64,000 nt of DNA from Candidatus Kapaibacterium sp. (GCA_963665665.1 OY762428.1:4032001-4096000); one strand, 5' to 3'. Positions 1-9,720 are shown, counted from the first letter of the stretch. Numbers and translations: made by a program. Notes: generated by a model not told the origin, from the sequence alone.

Positions 1-777
1 CGAAGAGATCAGGAAGAAATAAAATACCCTGTTTTACCGGATATTCTGATTGAAAATCTTTCATTTTCTCATTTTGTAGAGCTTCTGAAGATAAATGATA
101 AAAATAAGAGGCTTTTCTACGAAATTCAGGCAATAAAAGGCGCATGGAGTGTAAGAGAACTAAAAAATCAGATCAACAAACTATGTTATGAGCGTACTGC
201 AAATGCACAAAACACTGATTTTGTTTTGAATTCATTAGTTGAAAAAACTGAAACGCAAAAGCCTAAAGCCATTATTAAAACTCCCTACGTGTTTGATTTT
301 TTAGAAATTCCTGACGGGATACTTGCATCGGAATCTGAATTGGAAAAAGCGCTGATCAGCGATCTGAAAAACTTTATGATAGAATTGGGGCACGGTTTCT
401 GTTTCGAAGCGCAGCAAAAACGTATTGTTATTGGCGGAGAATACTATTTTATTGATCTCGTGTTTTATCATAGAATTCTGAAATGCCATATCCTGATCGA
501 GCTGAAAATAGATGAGTTCAAACATACTTATGCAGGGCAGCTCAACACATATTTGCAATATTATAAACAGAACTTAAAAGAAGAGAATGACAACCCGCCT
601 ATCGGGATACTGCTTTGTACAAATCAAAATTCCGAACTGGTGGAATATGCATTAGGCGGAATGGACAATAATTTATTTGTCTCTCAATATCAAACAAAAT
701 TGCCTTCGGAAAAGCAGTTGCAGAAATTTTTACTTGATAAGAAGAAAGATATTGAGGCTTTGGGATATGGCGAATGA
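1..777 (+). CDS. YhcG/DUF1016 PD-(D/E)XK nuclease domain protein (5' end outside the window)
   Basis: Frame is open from base 1: LSFSHFVELL..RLFYE..WSVRELKNQI, then KTPYVFDFL, ELGHGFCF, IDLVFYHRILKC, IELK, GQLNTY, NPPIGILLC. Confidence 0.93.
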   Translation, partial: RRDQEEIKYPVLPDILIENLSFSHFVELLKINDKNKRLFYEIQAIKGAWSVRELKNQINKLCYERTANAQNTDFVLNSLVEKTETQKPKAIIKTPYVFDFLEIPDGILASESELEKALISDLKNFMIELGHGFCFEAQQKRIVIGGEYYFIDLVFYHRILKCHILIELKIDEFKHTYAGQLNTYLQYYKQNLKEENDNPPIGILLCTNQNSELVEYALGGMDNNLFVSQYQTKLPSEKQLQKFLLDKKKDIEALGYGE

Positions 778-858
778 GTGGGAATAATATAAATTTTCGA
801 AAATAACTGAACTATTCTGAACGAAAGAATTAATGAGAATCTGAAGAAGATAAAATAA
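767..858 (+). pseudogene. Short relics resembling an HsdS N-terminus (MANEWE*YKFSKITEL) and an HsdM C-terminus (LNERINENLKKIK*)
   Basis: Manual translation of 767-819 and 817-858; similarity judged by eye only. Confidence 0.4.
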
Positions 859-1190
859 TGAGCTTTAAAGATAAAATAAACCAGCCTGAGTTAAGGCCCG
901 AGTCAGGGTCTGAGTCAAGGCAAGAGTTGGAGCAAGAGTCTATATATGATGCAGTTATACTCAATCTATTTGGCACTCAACTTTCAAAGGGAAAATTAGC
1001 AAAAGCCCTGGGGCAGAAAAGCGTTTCCGGCGGATTGAAAAAAGTTATCAGCAAGCTGATGGAAGAAGAATTGATAGAATGGACTATTCCCGAAAAACCG
1101 AACAGCTCCAAACAAAAATACAGGCTTACAGCAAAGGGAAAAGGTTATTATAAGACTAAATTTGGAAATGATGTTGGGATTGTGAAATGA
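858..1190 (+). CDS. Stand-alone Fic-like C-terminal winged-helix domain protein
   Basis: LIEWTIPEKPNSSKQKYRLTAKG motif, typical of the C-terminal wHTH of Fic/RecG-like island proteins. Confidence 0.75.
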   Translation: MSFKDKINQPELRPESGSESRQELEQESIYDAVILNLFGTQLSKGKLAKALGQKSVSGGLKKVISKLMEEELIEWTIPEKPNSSKQKYRLTAKGKGYYKTKFGNDVGIVK

Positions 1191-2470
1191 GGGAAAATAT
1201 GAATAATAAAACAATAGATACGGATAAGCCCCGGCAAAAAAGCCCAAAAAACGGGCTGCCGGAGGGTTGGGAAATGAAGGAGCTGGGGGAAGTGTGTGAG
1301 ATTACTCATGGTTTTGCTTTTTCTGGAAAAGATTTTGAAGCAGATTATTATGGAGAAAAACCAATTGTTTTAACACCAGGTAATTTTACTGAAAATTCGA
1401 CTTTAATATTTAATGAAAAAAATACTAAAAGATGTAGGTGTGATTATCCTAAAAAATTTGAATTTAATATTGGCGATCTTGTGGTAGTTATGACCGACTT
1501 GTCATCAAAAATGAAAATACTTGGTAAACCTTCAATAATTGAGTATGAGAATATTCTACATAATCAACGGATAGGTAGATTTATTTTTTCAGAAAATTTA
1601 ATTGAAAAAAGATTTTTATACTTTTTCCTTCAAACAGATTCTTATCTAAAGATGATTAAGAAATCTGCAACAGGGACAATGGTTAGACATACTGCACCAA
1701 AAAGAATTTTAGCAATCCCTATCCCCATCCCTCCCCTTTTGGAGCAGAAGCGGATAGTGGGCATACTTGACCAAGCCTTTGCCGCCATAGACAAGGCCGA
1801 GGCCAATGCCGAACAAAACCTCAAAAACGCCAAAGAACTTTTTGAAAGCTATTTGCAGGGAATTGTTTCAAATGGAAACAAATGGGAAAAGAAAACATTA
1901 GCACAAATTTCTACAACATTTGGACGGGGAAAATCAAAACATCGTCCAAGGAATTGGGAAGGCCTTTATGGGGGTAAATATCCATTTATTCAAACAGGCG
2001 ACATCAGAAATTGCAACCATTTTATAACGGAATATTCACAAACTTATAATGAAGTTGGATTTGCCCAAAGTAAACTTTGGCCAGCAGGAACAATCTGTAT
2101 TACAATTGCTGCAAATATTGCAGAAACAGGTATTTTAACTTTTGATTCGTGCTTTCCTGATAGTGTAATTGGAATTGTTGTTAATAAAAAGTTAGCCGAC
2201 AGAGATTTTGTCGAATATTTATTGCAATCATTTAAAGTCAGAATTCAATCGCTTGGAAAAGGCAGTGCACAAGCAAATATCAATATGGGAACTTTTGAAA
2301 ATGAATTATTCCCATTTCCCCCGGTTAAGGAACAAAAGTTAATTGTTGAAAGATTAAATCAACTTGCCATTGAATGCAATAAGCTTGAAGATATTTATAT
2401 TAAAAAATCAAATAACCTAGAAGAACTGAAAAAAAGTATATTGCAAAAAGCATTTGCAGGGGGGCTGTAG
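1187..2470 (+). CDS. hsdS: Type I restriction-modification specificity subunit
   Basis: LPEGWEMKELGEV start, two TRDs, conserved PIPPLLEQKRIVGILD and PFPPVKEQ..LKKSILQKAFAGGL helices. Confidence 0.96.
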   Translation: MRENMNNKTIDTDKPRQKSPKNGLPEGWEMKELGEVCEITHGFAFSGKDFEADYYGEKPIVLTPGNFTENSTLIFNEKNTKRCRCDYPKKFEFNIGDLVVVMTDLSSKMKILGKPSIIEYENILHNQRIGRFIFSENLIEKRFLYFFLQTDSYLKMIKKSATGTMVRHTAPKRILAIPIPIPPLLEQKRIVGILDQAFAAIDKAEANAEQNLKNAKELFESYLQGIVSNGNKWEKKTLAQISTTFGRGKSKHRPRNWEGLYGGKYPFIQTGDIRNCNHFITEYSQTYNEVGFAQSKLWPAGTICITIAANIAETGILTFDSCFPDSVIGIVVNKKLADRDFVEYLLQSFKVRIQSLGKGSAQANINMGTFENELFPFPPVKEQKLIVERLNQLAIECNKLEDIYIKKSNNLEELKKSILQKAFAGGL

Positions 2471-2474
2471 TAAG

Positions 2475-3380
2475 ATGAGTAAAGACACTTTGAATTGTAA
2501 AAAAACAAAAATTGTAAGAGGACAAAAAGAAGAATGGGGTGGCCCCTGGACCGAAAGAAAACTGGAAGCTTTTTCAAAATACGTGTGGTCTTACCTTACC
2601 ATAATGAAAAAAAATGACTACTGGCAAACTATCTATTTTGATGGCTTTGCAGGTAGCGGAACCCGAGAGAAAACAAATAAGACTGAATTGTATCAGCAAT
2701 TATCTATAACAGAAGAGGAAGAAAAGACATACAAAGGGGCGGCTGAAAGAGTTCTGGGAATCAAGGATTTATATTTTGATTACTATTATTTTATTGACAA
2801 AAAGGAAGAATCTTTAAATAAATTAAAAGCGAAGTTAGAACCAAAATTTGCTGATAAAAATATTGTTTATAAACACGGGGATGCAAACGAACATATTATT
2901 AATTTGGCAAAATCCTTGAAAACAAAACAATATGCAGCATTAACCTTTCTTGATCCTTTCGGTATGCAGATTGATTGGAACTCAATTGCGAAGCTTAAAG
3001 AAACTCGTTCTGATGTTTGGATATTAGTTCCAACAGGGGTCATAGTAAATCGTTTACTTGATAAAAAAGGAAAACTGATCTTTAGTGAAAAATTAGAATC
3101 ATTTTTTGGTTTATCTGTTGAGGAAATAAGAACTTTTTTTTACAAGGAGGAAAAAAATCTGACCTTATTTGGTGAAGAAAGTGTGATAACAAAAGTCTCT
3201 GAACCAATAGAGAAAATTGCAAAATTATATTGTCAAAGAATGAAAACTATTTGGAAATATGTAACAGAAGAACCCCTTGTATTAAAGAACAGAAATAACT
3301 CCCCAATTTTTCATTTTATTTTTGCTTCTAATAATCCGAATGCCAAAAAGATTGCAAAAGAAATTATTCAAAGGGTATAA
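2475..3380 (+). CDS. tcmP: Three-Cys-motif partner protein (methyltransferase-like fold)
   Basis: WGGPWTERKL, YFDGFAGSG and FLDPFGMQIDW motifs; directly upstream of DUF5131. Confidence 0.88.
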   Translation: MSKDTLNCKKTKIVRGQKEEWGGPWTERKLEAFSKYVWSYLTIMKKNDYWQTIYFDGFAGSGTREKTNKTELYQQLSITEEEEKTYKGAAERVLGIKDLYFDYYYFIDKKEESLNKLKAKLEPKFADKNIVYKHGDANEHIINLAKSLKTKQYAALTFLDPFGMQIDWNSIAKLKETRSDVWILVPTGVIVNRLLDKKGKLIFSEKLESFFGLSVEEIRTFFYKEEKNLTLFGEESVITKVSEPIEKIAKLYCQRMKTIWKYVTEEPLVLKNRNNSPIFHFIFASNNPNAKKIAKEIIQRV

Positions 3381-3383
3381 AAA

Positions 3384-4136
3384 ATGGCAACTAAAATAGA
3401 ATGGACAGAACAGACATGGAATCCTTCAGCGGGTTGCACAAAAAAAAGCGCAGGCTGCAAAAACTGTTATGCAGAAACAATGGCCCACAGGCTTATGCAC
3501 ATGGGTATAAGCGGATACGAGAACGGTTTTAAGTTCAACATTGTTCCTAAACGGTTAAACGATCCTTTGAAAAGAAAGAAGCCCACGATATTTTTTGTAA
3601 ATTCTATGAGCGATATTTTCCACGAAGAGATGCCCGGAGAATATCTTGATAAAATTTTTGAGGTAATTGAACAAACTCCCTGGCATACATATCAAATCCT
3701 GACAAAAAGGGCTGAAAGAATGTATGAATACTTATCAGGAAGGCATATTCCGGAAAATATCTGGCTCGGAGTAACCGTTGAGAACAGGAAAGAAGGCCTG
3801 CCGAGAATAGATAAACTAAGACAATTAAAAGCGAGCGTGTTATTTCTTTCGATAGAACCTTTACTCGAGGATTTGGGGACAATTGATCTTACAAATATTG
3901 ATTGGGTAATTGTCGGTGGAGAAAGTGGCCCAAAGGCAAGGCCAATGGAAAAAAAATGGGTGTTGAATATAAAAACACAATGTGAAAATAAAGACATTGC
4001 TTTCTTCTTTAAACAATGGGGTACATGGGGAGCCGATAAAGTAAAAAGAAATAAAAAATTGAATGGCAAAGAAATTGATGGACGTATTTGGCAGCAATAT
4101 CCCGGAGTTATTGAGCAACGATATATTTTTACATGA
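3384..4136 (+). CDS. DUF5131 / phage Gp37-Gp68 family protein (radical-SAM-like)
   Basis: IEWTEQTWNP, GCTKKSAGCKNCYA (Cx6Cx2C), FVNSMSDIFH, LTKR, SIEPLL, WVIVGGESG, FFKQWG. Confidence 0.95.
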   Translation: MATKIEWTEQTWNPSAGCTKKSAGCKNCYAETMAHRLMHMGISGYENGFKFNIVPKRLNDPLKRKKPTIFFVNSMSDIFHEEMPGEYLDKIFEVIEQTPWHTYQILTKRAERMYEYLSGRHIPENIWLGVTVENRKEGLPRIDKLRQLKASVLFLSIEPLLEDLGTIDLTNIDWVIVGGESGPKARPMEKKWVLNIKTQCENKDIAFFFKQWGTWGADKVKRNKKLNGKEIDGRIWQQYPGVIEQRYIFT

Positions 4137-4164
4137 TCATTTTTCTTGTTTCTGTTTTGATTGA

Positions 4165-4239
4165 TGTCTGAACCTTGATTATAACTATTCCAGGATTACT
4201 TGATTAAAATAGAAAGGGACAAAATCATGGTTCAAGACA
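4165..4239. repeat. REP-like imperfect inverted repeat
   Basis: tgtctgaaccttgatt ... aatcatggttcaagaca arms in the DUF5131-nuclease spacer. Confidence 0.55.
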
Positions 4240-4267
4240 AGAAGTATTTTGAAAGACAGGTGTAATT

Positions 4268-4786
4268 ATGGGAATAATGGAAAAAGGTTTTTCTTTTCGG
4301 CATAATGCCTCATTTGGCAAGAGGATAGAGTATTATATCATCGGCCTGATGCTGAAAGAGGGATTGGACGTTTATGTTCCCCTTGTTGATGACGACGCAA
4401 TAGACGCAGTGGTTAAAAAGCCGGATGGCAATTATGTAGAGATACAGATCAAAGCAAGGTCAAAGGATGTGATATTCGGCGATGCTGCCCTTTTTGCCGC
4501 ACTGACTCACGAGTACAGGCCGAATTACTGGTTCGTGTTCTATTCAGTGCGTATGGATAAAACCTGGATAATGTCTTCAAAAGAATTTATTGAAGAATCC
4601 GTGCAGAACAAAAAGGGAAAGAACAAAGGCAAAAGGTCAATATGGTTCAACGGAAAGAACAGCAAAGATCAGACTGAGCACGTAAAGCCCCAGTTCGAAA
4701 AATATCTTGTGAATGATTTTTCAAGAATTATAAACGATAATCCGGATGAGGGTTTTCCACTGTTTAAACAAGAGGAGAAGATATGA
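4268..4786 (+). CDS. PD-(D/E)XK restriction-endonuclease-like protein
   Basis: GKRIE...LDVYVPLVDDDAIDAVV...VEIQIKARS (D...QxK catalytic pattern). Confidence 0.75.
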   Translation: MGIMEKGFSFRHNASFGKRIEYYIIGLMLKEGLDVYVPLVDDDAIDAVVKKPDGNYVEIQIKARSKDVIFGDAALFAALTHEYRPNYWFVFYSVRMDKTWIMSSKEFIEESVQNKKGKNKGKRSIWFNGKNSKDQTEHVKPQFEKYLVNDFSRIINDNPDEGFPLFKQEEKI

Positions 4787-6275
4787 CAAATCAAACTGAA
4801 TTTTTACAAACTGATACCGAAAACAAACCTATGTCGGCCAGTGTAACTCTGAAAAATCCGAAAGTAATTATTCCTGCCGATAATCCATTTGCTAACTGCA
4901 AGCTTGGCCGAGAAGCATACGCAGAAGTTCTGACAAATATAGTTGAGAACTATGCTGAAGGCTTTGTTCTTGCCCTTAACAGTGAATGGGGAAGCGGGAA
5001 GACAACATTTGTGGAAATGTGGCAAAAACATCTTGAGTTACAAGATTTCAAAACAATATATTTCAATGCCTGGGAAAACGATCTTGAAAGTGATCCGCTT
5101 ATTGCACTTATATCAGAAATGAAAAGTATTGCTGGTGATTCAAACAATGATAAATTTAAAAAGGTCATTAAAAACGCTGCTCCTCTTACGAAAACTGTAA
5201 TTAAAGGTTTAGCTAAAGGAGTTATTGAACGTTATGCAGGAGATGGTTTCGTTGGTGACCTTGCGATGGCAGCAACCGATCAGTCAATAAAGATATTTGA
5301 AAAAAAAGTAGAATTATATACAAAGCAAAAAAAGGGAATCAAGGAATTTCATGATAGTCTGGTAGATTTTGTAAAAAGTGAAAATGCTGAAAACAAACCG
5401 ATTGTTTTCTTTATTGATGAAATGGACAGATGCCGCCCGGACTATGCCGTTGAATTGCTTGAAAAGATAAAGCACCTTTTCGATATACCGGGTATAGTTT
5501 TTGTCCTTTCAATCGATAAGGAACAATTGAAACATGCTATTTGCGGGGTTTACGGCAGCGGTGAAATAAATTCCGAGGAGTATCTTCGCAGATTTATTGA
5601 TGTTGAATATTCACTGCCGGAACCGGATAAGGAGAAATATATTGATTTTCTTTTTGAATTTTATAGATTTGAAGAATTAGTACGCCCATTTATTCATTTC
5701 CAGGCGGATGATAGAGAAATTATCAATTTGAAAAAGACTGCAAGTATTTTATTTTCAAAGGAAAATGTGATCCTTAGGCAACAGGAAAAAATTATAGCAA
5801 GAACAAGACTGATTATCAATTCATATAACAGAAAAGAACGCATTTTTCCGGAATTTCTATTATTTATGATATATATAAAAACATTTCAACCTGAACTTTA
5901 TATATCCATAAAATTTAAAATATTACCTCGTAGAGAAGTACAAACAAAAATTGACGACCTTTTATCAGAATTTTTGTCATTAGATAGTCAAATAACACTT
6001 TTAAATATTGAAGCACAATCTTATTTTTCTATGGCAAGAATTTTCAAGAGAGAGATAGTATTTATTTATGGTTTAAAAAAGAAGAAAAGATATTGAATTT
6101 TGAATCAAATTTGGAAATCAGTACATTAAACAATTATGTAGGATATGAAAAATCGACAGAATTAATTAGAAGACGGTTATTTGATCTGCATAATACCTAT
6201 GATACTATTCCGATAAATGTTGATTATTACATAAATAAAATCGAATTGTACGAAAAATTGGAAATCGCCAAATGA
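4783..6275 (+). CDS. KAP-family P-loop NTPase with an apparent frameshift near 6018 (ORF track splits it into 4783-6096 and 6093-6275)
   Basis: Walker A SEWGSGKT, FNAWEND, Walker B FFIDEMDRCRP, YLRRFID; the shifted frame continues LFFYGKNF...KIELYEKLEIAK to a stop that overlaps the hsdR ATG. Confidence 0.85.
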
Positions 6276-8776
6276 ATGAAGCCCAGACAGAACTTGATTT
6301 GATTGATCCCGCGCTGGACGCGGCGGGTTGGAGAGATACCGAAGGCGCTAAAATACATAAGCAGTTCCCTATTGCCAGTGGCCGGATAACAGGAAAAAAC
6401 ATGCGCTCCAAACCGCTACGTGCGGACTACGTGCTGCAATATCGGAACAGGTATATAGGCGTTATCGAGGGAAAAGCAAGCAATAAATATTATACCGAAG
6501 GTGTGGGCCAGGCTAAAAACTATGCCTTTATGCTGAACATTCGTTTTGCCTTTGCTACAAACGGCCACAAATCCTACCGTATTGACATGCAGGAGGGCAG
6601 CGAGGGCGATATTAGTAAATTCCCGACGCCGGATGAACTTTGGGAAATGACATTCCCGAAAAAGTCAACCGACCTGGCAACCCGTGAGGACTTATGGAAG
6701 GACAGGATGCTTTCCGTGCCATACGAAACAAAAAGCGGCACATGGCGGCCCCGTTACTATCAGGAAAATGCAGTAACCGCCGTGCTGGACTCTCTGGCTG
6801 AAGGAAAGAAAAGAATTCTGCTGACACTTGCCACCGGTACCGGAAAAACAGATATTGCATTCCAGATAGCATGGAAACTATACGAATCACGCTGGAACCT
6901 GCAATTCGACGGCAAAAGAAGGCCGAGGATACTTTTCCTGGCGGACAGGAACCTGCTGGCAGACCAGGCATTCAACAAGTTCAATTCATTCAATGCATTC
7001 GAGGAAAACGCGCTAGTGCGTATCTCGCCAGGCGAAATCAGCAAAAAACAGAAACCGCTTACAAACGGGAATATGTTTTATACAATTTTCCAGACTTTCA
7101 TGGCCGAGAACATTCAGCCCAAGGCAAAAAGAAATAAAATTTCAGCAAAAGCTACGGATAAAGATATTAGCAATATAAAAAGTGCCGCCGAACCCGACCA
7201 GGAATACACTACGGCAAACATGAAACCAAATTTCGGACAATACCCCAAAGACTTCTTTGATTTGATAATTATCGACGAATGTCACAGGGGCGGCTCCAAC
7301 GATGAAAGCACATGGCGCGGAATTCTTGAGTATTTCAGCCCGGCGGTTCAACTCGGGCTGACCGCCACGCCAAAAAGAGAAGTGAACAAAGATACCTACC
7401 TATACTTTGGCGATCCGGTATATGTTTATTCCCTGAAGCAGGGCATAAACGACGGTTTTCTTACCCCTTTCAAAGTAAAGGCAATTTCAACCACCGAGGA
7501 CGTATATAAATATACTTCGGGCGATACAGTTCTCCAGGGGGAGATTGACGAGGAGAGGGAATACGGACTGAAAGAACAGAACAGGATAATCATTATTCCT
7601 GCATTGGAAGAATACCGGGTAAAAGTATTTCTCGATAAAATTGATCAGGATCAGAAAACTCTGGTATTCTGTGCTACACAGAAACACGCTGCCATGGTTC
7701 GGGACTTTATTAACCAGCACGCAAGAAGTAAAAATCCGGATTACTGCCAGAGGGTAACGGCAAACGACGGGGCCGTAGGCGAACAGCATTTGAAGAACTT
7801 CCAGGACAATGAACGAACTATCCCTACAATCCTTACAACTTCCCAGAAACTGAGTACAGGAGTTGACGCGCCGGAGATCAGGAATATTATTCTTATGAGA
7901 ACGGTTAATTCCATAGTTGAATTCAAACAGATTATTGGCAGGGGTACCCGACTTTATGAAGGCAAGCCCTATTTCACTCTTTACGACTTTTACAAAGCAC
8001 ACGAGCATTTCAGCGATCCGGAATGGGACGGCGAACCGATAGAACCGGAAATATGCAAAAAATGCGGGAAATATCCCTGCGAATGCGAACCTGTGGTTTG
8101 TATAAAATGCGGTCAGTTCCCCTGCATTTGCATAAAAGAGCCGCCGGAGCCATGTCCCAATTGCCATAATATACCCTGCATTTGCGACAGGCCTGATAAA
8201 ACAATTAAGGTAATGCTATCGGATAATAAGGTCAGGGAACTTGATTCGATGGTGAAAACAAGATTCTACAGCCCGGACGGGAAAACAATTTCAGCCGAGG
8301 AATTCATTCGTATGCTGTTTGGCGATTTGCCGGGTCTGTTCAGGGATGAAGAAGAACTGCGGAAATTATGGAGCAGTCCGGTAACAAGAAAGCAACTACT
8401 TGAAGAGCTGAATAATATTGGTTACACTGCCGATCAGCTTGAAGACCTTTCCAAGCTTGTTCACGGCGAAGACAGCGACCTGTTTGATGTGCTAAACTAT
8501 ATTGCCTACCACCGTGAAATGATACCGAGGAAGAAAAGGGCTGATCAGGCCCGAAAATATTTCAATGTTTACAGCGACAACCAGCGTGATTTTCTGGACT
8601 TCGTGCTAAAGCAGTACATCAGTATCGGCTTTGACGAGCTTGACGACAGCAAACTTCCGGAACTACTCACCTTGAAGTACCAGGCAATAGGAGACGCGCA
8701 AGAGAAACTTGGGGAGATAAAATCCATACGTGAAACATTCATCAGCTTCCAGGAACATTTATACCGGGTAGCATAG
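6272..8776 (+). CDS. hsdR: Type I restriction endonuclease subunit R (EcoAI/EcoEI-like)
   Basis: ADYVL..IEGK nuclease motif, LATGTGKT, DECHRGG, LTATP, QIIGRGTR, EcoEI_R_C-like tail. Confidence 0.95.
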   Translation: MNEAQTELDLIDPALDAAGWRDTEGAKIHKQFPIASGRITGKNMRSKPLRADYVLQYRNRYIGVIEGKASNKYYTEGVGQAKNYAFMLNIRFAFATNGHKSYRIDMQEGSEGDISKFPTPDELWEMTFPKKSTDLATREDLWKDRMLSVPYETKSGTWRPRYYQENAVTAVLDSLAEGKKRILLTLATGTGKTDIAFQIAWKLYESRWNLQFDGKRRPRILFLADRNLLADQAFNKFNSFNAFEENALVRISPGEISKKQKPLTNGNMFYTIFQTFMAENIQPKAKRNKISAKATDKDISNIKSAAEPDQEYTTANMKPNFGQYPKDFFDLIIIDECHRGGSNDESTWRGILEYFSPAVQLGLTATPKREVNKDTYLYFGDPVYVYSLKQGINDGFLTPFKVKAISTTEDVYKYTSGDTVLQGEIDEEREYGLKEQNRIIIIPALEEYRVKVFLDKIDQDQKTLVFCATQKHAAMVRDFINQHARSKNPDYCQRVTANDGAVGEQHLKNFQDNERTIPTILTTSQKLSTGVDAPEIRNIILMRTVNSIVEFKQIIGRGTRLYEGKPYFTLYDFYKAHEHFSDPEWDGEPIEPEICKKCGKYPCECEPVVCIKCGQFPCICIKEPPEPCPNCHNIPCICDRPDKTIKVMLSDNKVRELDSMVKTRFYSPDGKTISAEEFIRMLFGDLPGLFRDEEELRKLWSSPVTRKQLLEELNNIGYTADQLEDLSKLVHGEDSDLFDVLNYIAYHREMIPRKKRADQARKYFNVYSDNQRDFLDFVLKQYISIGFDELDDSKLPELLTLKYQAIGDAQEKLGEIKSIRETFISFQEHLYRVA

Positions 8777-8793
8777 GAAGGTGAGGTGCATAA

Positions 8794-8958
8794 TTGGCTG
8801 AAAACATTAAATATCTATACCATTATACTAAATTCGATTCGGGAATAAAGATTTTGGAATCCCAATCGCTAAGAATGTATAATGCACTTTCGCAAAGCGA
8901 TCCTTATGATATTGTATATGGAGCGCAAGAAGCTTTTAAAATGAGCAGGCGGAAATGA
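8794..8958 (+). pseudogene. Truncated DUF2971-like gene (54 aa N-terminal fragment)
   Basis: GAGGTG RBS, then MAENIKYLYHYTKFDSGIKILESQSLRM..SDPYD, matching the LYHYT..IL...L.....NDP.E pattern. Confidence 0.55.
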
Positions 8959-9388
8959 TAGCAGAGGAATTGACTGGAGAAAGATAAAAGCAGAATAATA
9001 AAATATAGAAATTATTCTCAGGCAGTTCAAAATTATTTAACTATATTTATTTCGAGTACATTGAAATAAATAATTATAATGGTAATTTCATAGGTTTTTC
9101 TCTCTTTCTTTCTTTTGGTTGTTTAGTGAATTAATTTTACTTTTACTGAAATTTTGCCATTCCAAGGCTAATTATTTTTTTAGTTTATCTTAATCTTAAC
9201 ACTTGTTGTAATTTTTAACACTGTTAAAGTTGCCTTATTAGATAACATTTTGCTGAAAATTCCGGAAAATTAGTTATTAAAGGTACTATCGTTGTCAGTT
9301 TTGATATACTTCCTAAAAATAAAAATGCCATTTTAAAAATTTAAAAGTATGTCAGAATATACAACGTCTGTAACTTAAACAACTATTT

Positions 9389-9703
9389 TTATGACAAAAA
9401 GTTAATCATAAATTCATATAAGTTCTCTAATCTTTTCCTCTCGTGATCGCTTAGGATATTTTCATTATCCTCTATTGCTAATTTGATTCCTTCGGGTTTT
9501 AGCAGAATGGCTTTTACATATTTTACCCCGTTGGGATGGGATATTATTTCTATATCAAGTGATTTTAATTTATCGATGAAATAATCAATACTACGGGGTT
9601 TAAAGCCATCGCAATTTTTGCAAAAAGACTGATAAACGGCATAGTGGATGTTCAGACTAATATATACAGTATCGTTAACGTTATAGACTATATCATAATT
9701 CAT
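9389..9703 (-). CDS. Hypothetical protein of the element's replication module
   Basis: 104-aa ORF directly downstream of the primase with an AGGAAG RBS. Confidence 0.6.
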   Translation of the reverse strand: MNYDIVYNVNDTVYISLNIHYAVYQSFCKNCDGFKPRSIDYFIDKLKSLDIEIISHPNGVKYVKAILLKPEGIKLAIEDNENILSDHERKRLENLYEFMINFLS

Positions 9704-9720
9704 AATATTTCTTCCTAAAA

